Shown here one piece after another: positions 49,737 to 59,800 of a stretch of DNA of 64,000 bases. The first letter of the stretch is position 1; each line of letters begins with the position of its first letter. The stretch spans positions 1-64,000 of the forward strand of contig JBCCQQ010000001.1 in the NCBI GenBank assembly GCA_039024555.1, given 5' to 3'. A program made the translations under genes and the position numbers. This DNA is from Cyanobacteria bacterium P01_D01_bin.156 (lineage in GTDB: Bacteria > Cyanobacteriota > Cyanobacteriia > Phormidesmidales > Phormidesmidaceae). The notes beneath the pieces are model-generated. The model saw only the letters and a list, made by a program, of their open reading frames with translations. It searched no databases and was not told where the DNA came from.

Positions 49737-50084
49737 GTGAAAAAGAAAACCTACAATACTAACCGCGTTCTTTTGACTGGTTTTGTCGGTGAAAAGGTTG
49801 ACCACAAGAAGGTAGGAGACCCAGTTGTCAGTGTTGCTACTTTCTTTCTAGGAATCCCTTATGAAGAAGACAATGGTGAGAAAACAAGCTGGGAAACTCA
49901 TGCGATAGAAACTTGGCGTGGACTTGCCGATCTCTGTAAGGAGAAGCTTACAAAAGGTTCAAAGGTGTTAGTTGAGGGCGCACTTCGCCAAGATCGTTGG
50001 GATGACAATGATAATAAAACCCAATTTCGAACTTATATTCGCGCTGATCGCGTGGAATTCCTTAAGCTCAAGAGGCCGGAGTAA
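49737..50084 (+). CDS. ssb: Single-stranded DNA-binding protein (short form without acidic tail)
   Basis: NRVLLTGFVG, TWRGLAD, LTKGSKVLVEGALRQDRW, ADRVEFL. Confidence 0.9.
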   Translation: MKKKTYNTNRVLLTGFVGEKVDHKKVGDPVVSVATFFLGIPYEEDNGEKTSWETHAIETWRGLADLCKEKLTKGSKVLVEGALRQDRWDDNDNKTQFRTYIRADRVEFLKLKRPE

Positions 50085-50132
50085 GGCGAATTCACAATTT
50101 AGCTGAGTGTTTTTGAAGAGGTAACCCGATGC

Positions 50133-50157
50133 GAGGGCGGCGAAACGCCCTCCTTTT
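50133..50157 (+). terminator. Intrinsic terminator closing the transfer/ssb operon
   Basis: GAGGGCG-loop-CGCCCTC followed by CTTTT. Confidence 0.7.
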
Positions 50158-50271
50158 CACTTTGAGAAATAACGCCAACTTATCGGTCGTTTTCAATGGA
50201 TAAATGTCTATATTCATCTAAAAAATTAGGGGGGTAATCTATAATGACCAATTGATTTGTGAAAGTCTATT

Positions 50272-51198
50272 ATGGATTTAGAAGAGCTATATCGTTCGCT
50301 GAGTTTTCAAGATATTGAAGAATATATTGCGATTGGACAAGAAGAAAACTTATACATTGATTTCAAGTTATTGAATAGCCCGAGCCTTGACCGTCGTGAA
50401 GATCGCAAGACGTTTGCCAAAGCTTTATCAGGGTTTGCCAATTCTAGCGGTGGCCTAATTATTTGGGGGGTCGATGCTCGTAAAAACGAGTATGGAATTG
50501 ATTGTGCATGTGATGGTCGAGAAATTCAACCTCTGTCGCTTTTTATTTCCAAACTCAATAAGTTTACTGGTGAATTCGCTTCTCCAATCATCGATGGTGT
50601 CCAGCACAAAAGAATTTCTACACAGGACGATAAAGGCTATGCTGTGACTTTTGTTCCGCCAAGTGATGCTGGCCCTCATATGGCCAAAGCAGGTGAGGAT
50701 CGTTATTACAAGCGTAGTGGTGATAGTTTTTATAAAATGGAGCATTTCGATATTGAAGACATGTTCGGGAGGAGAAAACGTCCATTATTATCATTGAAAG
50801 CAAATATCCAACCAGGAAGTATTACAACGTCTGGCAATCAGAAACACTATAGACCTAATATCACCTTGATTATTGAAAACATTGGACGTGGTAGCGCACG
50901 TTCTATATATATAGCGCTTAGATTTGAGTCTGGGCACAAGATACGTCGTCAAACGGGTTTTATTTTATCTCCGTTGCTAACTGTTGATAAAGAGAAGATT
51001 TGTTTTGGAGGCAGTTCTGATATCGTTGTTCACCCCGGAACGCATATTAATCTTTGTAATGTCGAATACGAAGTGTCAGACTCCAACGCAAGCCCTGAAA
51101 ACATTGTAATTCATTATGATGTAATAGCTGAAGATACCAGAATGCGTCATGATATACTTCAGATAATCGGCTCGGATATTTTAAGTCAGCTAGAGTAG
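50272..51198 (+). CDS. Schlafen/AlbA_2-domain protein
   Basis: EENLYIDFK, KALSGFANSSGGLIIWGV, GPH and YYKRSG, plus a beta-rich C-terminal domain. Confidence 0.88.
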   Translation: MDLEELYRSLSFQDIEEYIAIGQEENLYIDFKLLNSPSLDRREDRKTFAKALSGFANSSGGLIIWGVDARKNEYGIDCACDGREIQPLSLFISKLNKFTGEFASPIIDGVQHKRISTQDDKGYAVTFVPPSDAGPHMAKAGEDRYYKRSGDSFYKMEHFDIEDMFGRRKRPLLSLKANIQPGSITTSGNQKHYRPNITLIIENIGRGSARSIYIALRFESGHKIRRQTGFILSPLLTVDKEKICFGGSSDIVVHPGTHINLCNVEYEVSDSNASPENIVIHYDVIAEDTRMRHDILQIIGSDILSQLE

Positions 51199-51304
51199 TA
51201 TATCTACTTTTCTTACTTCAATATTGAACGGTTTCTATAATTTCTTTGAAGCCTTGACCAAGTAAAGATGTAGGAACTATTGTTGTTGGAAGTTACTCTA
51301 ATAA

Positions 51305-51326
51305 AGGAGGCAAAGAATTGCCTCCT
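51305..51326. terminator. Hairpin between convergent genes
   Basis: AGGAGGCAA-AGAA-TTGCCTCCT. Confidence 0.6.
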
Positions 51327-51338
51327 GATTTCCTGAAA

Positions 51339-52265
51339 TTAAAACAATGTAAACTGTCCTCTATCATCCTGCTCAAAATGAGTAGGCATTGGTATAGATT
51401 CTGTTTCAGCTTTAGGTAAACCTTTCTCAGATGTCTTTTGACCCACATCTCTTTCCATTTGCCTAAGGAACCTCAGCAGATGGAAGGCTGGCTGCTTTTC
51501 CCAGTGGTAACGAGATAGCTTTAGATGAGGAGTCTCACGAAACTCATTAACCTCAAGCGATAGAGTATTTGCACACCAAACACGGCAAGGTAATCCAAGC
51601 AATGCGAGCTGCATGTAAGCAATGTTAAAGAACGTCTGATTTACATCAATTGCTTCTACATAAAGTATTTCCTGTGGGTTATGTCCAAGTTCCTTGAGGG
51701 CATTGGCAAATGCGATCACCATCCCCCCAGCACCACAGCAAGGTTCAGAAAGCGTGATAAATCCTTTGCGATCAATAATGTCTTCCACATCTGCAAGTGA
51801 CATCTGGGCCATCATTTTTGCTACGGAAGAAGGTGTAAAAAACTCGCCACGGCTTCCACGCTGGGCACTACCACTCAGGTCTAATTCTTCATACAATGCC
51901 CCTAAAAAGTCTTCTCCAAACACATTTAGTGCATAGTCGGTATAACCATAAAGTTGACTCATCAGAGTCATGCCTTCCTTACCGTACTTCGGTACAAAAG
52001 CTAGATATCTATTCTCAAGTGCTTTCCAATCGTCATCAATCGGCAATAGACTTTCACGAGCCTTTGTAACTTCCGAATGATCTTCCATTCCAGATGGCAC
52101 CATCGAAGGGTTGAAGTAAGCTGTTTGATGAGCACATATCGCGCCAATTATTGCAAAATCAGCCCATGCCTCACTGTAATTATGCTTACGAGTCAGTACA
52201 GTAAATACTTCCTTAAAGCCCACCTTGCAAGCTGCAATGGAGTTTAAGTTCTTCGGTTTAACCAT
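51339..52265 (-). CDS. N6 DNA methylase-like protein (plasmid type, no catalytic NPP(Y/F) motif)
   Basis: DFLGALYEEL, GEFFTPSSVAKMMA, EPCCGAGGM, NTLS. AGGAGG RBS before ATG 52265. Confidence 0.8.
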   Translation of the reverse strand: MVKPKNLNSIAACKVGFKEVFTVLTRKHNYSEAWADFAIIGAICAHQTAYFNPSMVPSGMEDHSEVTKARESLLPIDDDWKALENRYLAFVPKYGKEGMTLMSQLYGYTDYALNVFGEDFLGALYEELDLSGSAQRGSRGEFFTPSSVAKMMAQMSLADVEDIIDRKGFITLSEPCCGAGGMVIAFANALKELGHNPQEILYVEAIDVNQTFFNIAYMQLALLGLPCRVWCANTLSLEVNEFRETPHLKLSRYHWEKQPAFHLLRFLRQMERDVGQKTSEKGLPKAETESIPMPTHFEQDDRGQFTLF

Positions 52266-52340
52266 TCCCAACAACCTCCTGAAAAACAGAAGGTCAGTTG
52301 GTACTAATTTATTTTTTTAGTCAATAAAAAACGAGAATGC

Positions 52341-52433
52341 TATAGCAATTTTGTCTCGATCGAGGTACGTCTTCAACCCCTGAGCCCTTGCCAATAAAAA
52401 ACGCCGTACTTCACTGGATATGAAAACGCTATA
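52341..52433. repeat. Short MITE/REP-like element with imperfect 29-bp terminal inverted repeats
   Basis: TATAGCAATTTTGTCTCGATCGAGGTACG ... CGTACTTCACTGGATATGAAAACGCTATA. Confidence 0.55.
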
Positions 52434-52759
52434 ATCTCCCTCTCGAAATTAACGGTGACTTTTGTTTTTTTTATTGCTGTTATCAAAGTAATAAGAGCCT
52501 AAGTGCCGAATTGATAGGCGTTGCACAGTCCTTGTCTTACTCTTTAAGCTGCTCAAACACATCTGCATTAAATCTAGGAGTAGTCAGTTCTTTAATTTTG
52601 AGGATAAACTATATGAGCATTTTCTCACATGCTTCAGTCTTTTATATTTTTATTTCTCTCATGTATCAGTTCATCCTTCAAAGAAACATCACTCAAATGT
52701 GAGTTAAAAAAGCCTTTGCTGCTTATGTTCAAAAGCTCTAAAGTATCAAGACTAATAGC

Positions 52760-55700
52760 TTAAGGAGAAACACACACCACCCGAAATCCAACATTATTGT
52801 CGCGAGTGTCTGAACCGTTTCGGAGACGCAGTGCTGAGCGGCAATGATCAGGACCGTCACACCAAGAACCACCCCGTACGATACGGAGATTTTTGTTCCC
52901 ATCTGTCACCCAAGCATCACCATTAGCCGGTGCATTGTCATAGCTAGGATGCCAATGATCTAGGCACCATTCATATACATTGCCATGCATATCTGCTAAA
53001 CCAAAAGCATTGACCCCAAAACTGCCCACCGCAACGGTAGTCTCTCGATAGCTCCCTTTTTGGCCTTGACCATAGATATAGTTGCCATTGTAGTTGGCTA
53101 CATCCGTAGATAAGGTATTTCCACAGTAAAAGGGGCTGGTTGTTTTAGCACGACAAGCATACTCCCACTCGGCTTCGGAGGGTAAGCGATAGGTGTTACC
53201 AGTGTAGAGAGAGAGACGTGTACAAAACTCCACTGCCTCGTGCCAAGTAACCCGTTCCACTGGGCGCTCGTCTCCTTTAAAGTTGGTTGGATTGCAATTA
53301 AGCTCATGAGTAATGACTGGCAGTGACGCCACAGCTCGCCATTGAGCTTGGGTAATGGGGTGTTGTCCCATCCAAAAGGGTGGGACAGTCACGTGATGCT
53401 GGGCTTCCACATCTAATCCCTTCGTATCTTCATAGGTTGGAAAATAGATTGCTCGCCCGATCTCATCCGGTGGCGACCCCATCATAAACTCGCCCCCTGG
53501 CAATGCCACCAGATCGAGAGTCAGGTTATCGGGTAAGCGCTCTTTCCAGACCTGGAAAGCCTTCACTTTGGTGATCACGTCACCCTTTCGTATCTGTAAG
53601 ATCAGCATTGGTACTGCCTCCCCGCTGGGGGCACCGGCCAATCCCAGGGCACGAGCAGCGCCCTGGCGCAAGGCCAGGGGTTGTTCCGTATCTTCTAGAG
53701 TAGCCAATAGGATGGATTGAGCCGCCTGCATCTGCCCCAAGGCTTCGACAGCAATGCGACGCAGAGCAATTTCCGTTGATTCTTGCATGAGCAGGCGTAG
53801 CAGAGCCCCTTGTCCAATGCCTAGCCGCCCTAATGTCTGTGCGGCGGCCTGCCGTGGAGTGAGAGATTGGTTCGGGTTTTCCAGCATGCCGATTAATTCT
53901 GGTTCGGCGACTTTGGCCAGTGTGCCCCGCCGACCTAGCTTAACGGCAGCCTCAGTGCGAAACTCCTCTTCAGGGGCTGAGAGTTCAGCGATTAATTTCT
54001 GAATTCGGCGGTTTTCTTGCTGCCGCAATAACTCATTTGGGTCAAGTTGAGCTGTCTCCAAGAGTCGATCGAGCAAGTTTTGGTCAATTGCACCGTAGTG
54101 AGCATTGTCTAAACAGCAGTCGTGCAAGGCTAGCAAAAAGCCGTAAATCACTTCCGGTGTTTCATTCGCTTTTAACAGTATTTGATCAATCGATGCAAAG
54201 AAATCATTCCAAGTGGCCACGGGATTGGGTTGCTGGCAAGCATGCTCGACTAAATACATGGCAGCCAAGTACTCAGCTAGCGGATCTAGCACAATACGGA
54301 TATGGTCTCCCGGTTCGGGCGCTTGCAACACCTGTAATCGCTTTTCTAAGTAGTTGAGACGATTCTTAGGCGAAGTTGAATCATCCAGCTCAGCAAGGAC
54401 TACTATCGCATCTACTTTTTTGATAGTGGTGGGGCGATAGGTTTGCTTTAAGCATGCCCAGGCAATGGCTTTAGCATCTTGCTGTACCTCAAGATTGTCC
54501 CGTTTATCGTCGGCTTCGATGGAACGATTAAGCTGATTTAGGTAACTCAGCATCAGCTTGGGCACGGAATGCGGCAAAATCGTACCAGTACGCTCACGGG
54601 CCTCAATCATATGCTCCAGGTATAGCCGTACCAAAAGCACTGTAATGTTGCGCCCTTTTACCATCTCGCTCAGGCGATCGCACCCCTTGGAGTAATGGAA
54701 GTCTTTAAATAAGTTTTGCTTGCCTTTGGCTTCCAAATAGGCAGACATAAACGGTAAGAGCCGATCAGAGTCAATGCGAAGAGGTTTTAATACTGTTTGA
54801 AGTATCCCTTTAAATTTTTCTTCTAATCGAGAGGTCACAATTAATGCCTTAGCAGGAAAGTCCGCCAGGTTCGGCTTGATTTGATTGCGGGTAGTTACTC
54901 CCATCTCCGAGAGATGATCCACGATCACCAACACCCGCTGACGCCGTAACAGTTTCACTAAGAGTTCAGTAGCAATCGGTTCAGCTTGGTCAGTCAAGGC
55001 ATTGAGTTGGCCCTGAATCGCCGCCAACAGAGTGACCTGTTCATCTAGCTCTGTTTCCACTAGCACTGGTATCATGCGATGGGTAGCGAGTTTTCCTGCC
55101 AATCCCCAACGGGCAATCTGACAAGCCAAGCTGGTTTTGCCAGTCCCCCCTTCACCACAAATCAGCAATACCGCAGTTTTTCTTTGAAACGTGGGTTTCA
55201 AGTCGGATCCTTGTAGATTAGGAATCTTGGTTTGTTCTAGCTGGATGGGCAAATGGATATGAATTGCACGCGCCTTGACATTATCCAGTTGAAAGAAAGC
55301 AGTCTGGGCTGCTGAATAATGCTGTTTAATCCAAGCATCTAGAACTCGATTTCTATACTTAAACCAGCTCAGGGGAACTTTCAACTTTATCCACGGTAGG
55401 GAAATATCCTGGGCAGGCAGTTTCAAGAGCCATAGAGGCTTGAATGTCCAAACACCTAAATACCCAACTAGCAACAAGCCGATCAAGATGATGTAGCTCT
55501 TATGCTCTTGCCAAAGTGCTTCAGAACGTTCTTGTAATGTCAGGGTCTGACTTGACGTCATTCCAGCTGGAGCAGAGGTAGGTGAGCTGGAAGTTGGGGT
55601 CTGGGCAATCGTGACTGGGACCCTCTGTGACCCAGCAATATAAATACATCTCACAGCGGTCTGGGGATTAGCCAGTGAACTTCCCGGACTGATCAGCAAC

Positions 55701-55765
55701 CCAACCGTTAAAATGTTGACCCAAAAAGATGAGTAGGCATTAATTCTCATGAACCGGTGACCCAT
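52760..55765 (-). CDS. Membrane-anchored P-loop NTPase plus HEAT-like repeats plus FGE-sulfatase (C-type lectin fold) protein
   Basis: Signal peptide and TM helix, GEGGTGKTS, VIVDHLSE, HEAT-like helices, FMMGSP, RLPSEAEWEYACRA, DMHGNVYEW, RGGSW, GFRVV. Confidence 0.9.
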   Translation of the reverse strand: MGHRFMRINAYSSFWVNILTVGLLISPGSSLANPQTAVRCIYIAGSQRVPVTIAQTPTSSSPTSAPAGMTSSQTLTLQERSEALWQEHKSYIILIGLLLVGYLGVWTFKPLWLLKLPAQDISLPWIKLKVPLSWFKYRNRVLDAWIKQHYSAAQTAFFQLDNVKARAIHIHLPIQLEQTKIPNLQGSDLKPTFQRKTAVLLICGEGGTGKTSLACQIARWGLAGKLATHRMIPVLVETELDEQVTLLAAIQGQLNALTDQAEPIATELLVKLLRRQRVLVIVDHLSEMGVTTRNQIKPNLADFPAKALIVTSRLEEKFKGILQTVLKPLRIDSDRLLPFMSAYLEAKGKQNLFKDFHYSKGCDRLSEMVKGRNITVLLVRLYLEHMIEARERTGTILPHSVPKLMLSYLNQLNRSIEADDKRDNLEVQQDAKAIAWACLKQTYRPTTIKKVDAIVVLAELDDSTSPKNRLNYLEKRLQVLQAPEPGDHIRIVLDPLAEYLAAMYLVEHACQQPNPVATWNDFFASIDQILLKANETPEVIYGFLLALHDCCLDNAHYGAIDQNLLDRLLETAQLDPNELLRQQENRRIQKLIAELSAPEEEFRTEAAVKLGRRGTLAKVAEPELIGMLENPNQSLTPRQAAAQTLGRLGIGQGALLRLLMQESTEIALRRIAVEALGQMQAAQSILLATLEDTEQPLALRQGAARALGLAGAPSGEAVPMLILQIRKGDVITKVKAFQVWKERLPDNLTLDLVALPGGEFMMGSPPDEIGRAIYFPTYEDTKGLDVEAQHHVTVPPFWMGQHPITQAQWRAVASLPVITHELNCNPTNFKGDERPVERVTWHEAVEFCTRLSLYTGNTYRLPSEAEWEYACRAKTTSPFYCGNTLSTDVANYNGNYIYGQGQKGSYRETTVAVGSFGVNAFGLADMHGNVYEWCLDHWHPSYDNAPANGDAWVTDGNKNLRIVRGGSWCDGPDHCRSALRLRNGSDTRDNNVGFRVVCVSP

Positions 55766-56058
55766 GAATGGATGACTTTGGCATTGATTAATAGCCTATG
55801 CAAAATTTGCAAGTTTTTCGGGAAATCGAGCTGTGAAACGCCATCTTCATCTATCAGCTTGCCGATCAAGATGACATTTTATTAGACCAATGTGTTGTAC
55901 TACTAGCTCAATCAACTATGGATAATCTATTTTATCTTAAGTTAGCAGGATATCTAGTTATTCAATATTTACACAGTAATTACTCGACAAAAGTGTAATT
56001 ACAACCTGTCACACATAACGAATAATTTTGATGCCCGGACAAATAGTAATAATAAGGA

Positions 56059-56634
56059 TTATTGATCCGATTCTTTTGATTTTCGAGAATTTAAGTGGTT
56101 GATAACTTCCTCTTCTTTGATCATTGATACTTTCTGTTCAAAATCAATTCTATCTTGGAGTGCTTTTTTTTCTTCCAAGCTAAGCTTCGATAAACTGATT
56201 TCTAATGGTATAGATGTTTTGTCGTTTCTTTTAATGGAAGGATTAGCACAGCATAAAACTTCGACATTGCACTCTCCTCCCAGAAAAGCATAATGTTGGA
56301 GTTCAGATATCGTACTTTCAACAAGAGAACGACTTGATTCTTTCCCTCCATATTCCCAAGCTTTTAGCCAATTTGAGTCATAACACCTGTATGCAAAAAA
56401 ACTTCTATCACGAGTTGCATGAATCCATTCTAATGTAGGGGCATAACTTTCATCTTCATACTTAAACCCCAATATGTTAGATAAAGATATGAGCCAGGAT
56501 TCCCATTTAATTCCATCAAAAACCACATAGATACTCACTTCATTCAGGTTCTGTCCTAATACTGGCACTAGGGAGGGGAATAAAACTTCTGAATCAAAGA
56601 TATCAAAATCATCTTTTAAGCTTTCTAGTTTCAT
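56059..56634 (-). CDS. Probable immunity protein for the RHS toxin
   Basis: Small acidic AT-rich gene directly downstream of the RHS gene. GFKYEDES, SNWL and LQHY...VEVL...P pattern. Confidence 0.65.
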   Translation of the reverse strand: MKLESLKDDFDIFDSEVLFPSLVPVLGQNLNEVSIYVVFDGIKWESWLISLSNILGFKYEDESYAPTLEWIHATRDRSFFAYRCYDSNWLKAWEYGGKESSRSLVESTISELQHYAFLGGECNVEVLCCANPSIKRNDKTSIPLEISLSKLSLEEKKALQDRIDFEQKVSMIKEEEVINHLNSRKSKESDQ

Positions 56635-56852
56635 ATAGCTCCTAGGTAAAAATCTGTTTTTCTTGATATTTCTAGCGTGATCAAAGGCTCGGAATAAATG
56701 TTTATGTTAATAGGAGTTACACAATGTACAAAATCGCCAATATAAGGATTTATGAATTCAAAGGGAGCTAGCCTGCTTCTAAAACCGTTGCTAAAAGTAT
56801 AAATGCATATTTCGATTTTCTGTCAATGAGTAAGCCGAGTTAAGGAGATTAT

Positions 56853-59800
56853 TTATCGATAAACTTTGTCAATCTGTGACCAATCAACAAACCGAATTAT
56901 TTCAGATTGCCTTGTCGCAAAATTATTAATTTGTACGGTTGGATTTCTACTACTGCTTCTAAGAAGTACTTGAAAAACGAGTTCTCCATTTTTGACTACT
57001 CTATAATCGGTAGTAGATGCTTGGCCGGTAAATTTTATAAAGAAATCTTTTGCCCCTTGAGTACCACCTACAAGCTGTGTCTGATATGTTCTAATGAAAA
57101 CTCCACCCTTATTGAGAAATGGTTTAACTTTATCCTGAATCCCGGCTAATGGAGTGCCGACACCTGCTGTATATCTCAGAGTTGAAGCCGAAAACTGTTT
57201 TAGCAAGAAAATTGCTCTACCTAATGATAGAGCTCCACTCGCGACTTCAGCTTCAAGGCTGAAGTTTTTGATCGAATGCTCGGGGAAAACGACTCGACCT
57301 GAGGGATCGATGAAATTTATTGGATTATTGATTGCATAAAAGTAATCATGCAAGGTTTCAGGAAATGCTGGATAACCATCAAATGGATCTTGAGACGTAA
57401 ATCTTCCAGTTGCCGGATCGTAATATCTTGCTCTCAAGTAAGTCAGCCCTGTTTCGCTATCAAACTGTTCACCAGTAAACAGATAGTTATTGTTTGTATC
57501 TTCAATACTATATAACGGCTGACCGTAGGCATCATAAATATATCTGTCGGTTGCTACCCCACTTAAATTTGTCAGTATCCGAGTACTACCTAATCCATCA
57601 ACCTGATAGAAGAAGTGCTCATCGTCCTGCTTCTGAGAGACCAAATCTAGCCCATGAACATAAGATGCTAATACCTGATCACTTGAACGATATTCTTCAA
57701 TTACCTGGACATACTCTTGTTGAGTCTTGTCAACTAGGAAGTGGGTCTCTTCTCCATTAACAGTTATAGAAACCCGAATACCTTCGTGGTCATATTGATA
57801 CTCAATTCGACCAGTTTCTCCTCCTTCTACAATATCAACCGCAACTAACTCACCTTCAGCATTCCATTGATACGTTGCAGCATTTTCGCCATTCTGAAGC
57901 TTGACTCTCAGATTTCCATTGTCGTCATAGCGATATTTAGTCACCAGACCATTCAAGGTTTCAGTGAGTAGCCTATCGTTATTGTCGTAGGTGTACGTGG
58001 TTGTTCCTTCAAGAGAGTCACTATGCTCTAAGCGATTACCCACATTGTCAAAGTTGTATTCAATAATGCGATTGCCATTGACTGCATCGCTAATGGTTTC
58101 TCGCTCAATTTGATAGAGAGCATCGTAGTCATATTCAACAATTCTTCCTGAATTCTCTTCAACTTTGGTGCGATTTCCGACTGGATCAAGGGTGTAGCGA
58201 TAGCTTGAAAGCACCTCATCGTCATTGCGATTTTCTAAGAAGAGTAATCGATTGAGTGGATCGTATTCACGAGTTTCAATCACGCTGTTAGGAAATGCAG
58301 TTTGAATGAGATTTCTGACAGCATCATAGGTATAGGTCGTCAGTCCTCCATCTGGATCGCTGACTGTTTCTAAACGATTGAGTGCATCGTAGGTGTAGGT
58401 AATAGTGCCAGACGGTGTCGTGAGCGATCGCACGTTTCCAGCATCGTCATAGGTGTAGGAAATGACTCGACCATCCGGCTCTGTACGATTTACCAGGCGG
58501 TCCCTCTCATCGTAGAGGTAGACAGTTACCCCTCTGTCATCAGTAACTGTCTGAAGCTGGCCTGTTGCCGTATACGTATACAGCTCGTCAGCCTCATCGG
58601 GAAGTCGCTTTGCGATCAGCCGATTGCGCTCATCATATTCGTAGGTGATGGTATCTACATTGAAATCAGTTGTGCTAATTACGTTACCTACGAGGTCATA
58701 TTCTGTTTCAGATGTTTGGTCCAACGGCAATGTCATGCCTGTACGTCGGCCAACACCGTCATACTCAAAGGTTGTGACATGATTGTTGGCATCAATCTGT
58801 TCAATGATGTTTCCTATCAAGTCACGGTTATACACAGTGCGATTGCCAAGGGCATCTACCACCACCGTTAGACGTCCAAAGGGATCATATTCAAATTGAG
58901 TGGTAATACCGACCTGGTCAATTTCAGCCTCCACGTAGCCTAAGGCATTGTAGACAGAAGTTCTGCGAGACCCATCGGCAAACTCAGTTTCCGTGAGTTG
59001 TCCCAATGCATCGTAGATAAACGATGTGGTATGCCCTAATGCATCCGTGATGGAGTCTTGATTCCCCGCATCGTCATACGTGAATGAGGTTACATTCCCC
59101 AGTGCATCTGTCTGCTCGATGAGACGACTCGCACGGTCATACTCAAATTCAGTACGATTACCTCGTTCATCAATTTCAGCCTTGACTAAGCCATTGCCAA
59201 AATACTCAGTCTGAATACGAGGATTATCGTCTAGGATTGCAGGTGTATCGTCAGGATATATCGTTTGAACAATGCGTCCCAGCTCATCGTAGATAAAGAA
59301 TGTGGTGCGTCCTGCTTCATCCGTAGTTGAAATGAGTCGGTCTAAGGCGTCGTACTCATTAACTTCTCTAGGATTATTCGATAGATTCTCTAGCGTGCTG
59401 TCAGGGTAAATGGTTTCAATTAATAGCCCACGAGTGTTGTAACGGAATTCTGTTTCTCGTCCCAGGGCATCAATCGTTGTCACCCGATCACCTAAGCCGT
59501 TGTAGACAGTGGTCTCGACACCACCTTCAGGATCGGTTACTGAAGTTACTCTCCCTTCATCGTCAACTGTATAGGTGTAGGTATCATCTAGCGGGTTAGT
59601 GAAGGATTGCAGATTACCATTCGTATCGTAGGTGAAGAGACTAATGCCAACCGTTGGATCAACGATGCGCGTGAGATTGCCCACCGTATCATAGTCAAAT
59701 GTAGTTTCATTGCCTAATGGATCGGTGAGCTTATCGAGTAGACCCAGCTCGTCGTACTCATAGGTGGTTATATGCCCTTCAGCATCTTCACGCTCGATGA

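Noticed and set aside
52760..52900. DGR variable region in the FGE-domain C-terminus
   Set aside because: The domain type is a known DGR target, but I saw no template repeat or reverse transcriptase in the window. Remote targeting cannot be excluded.
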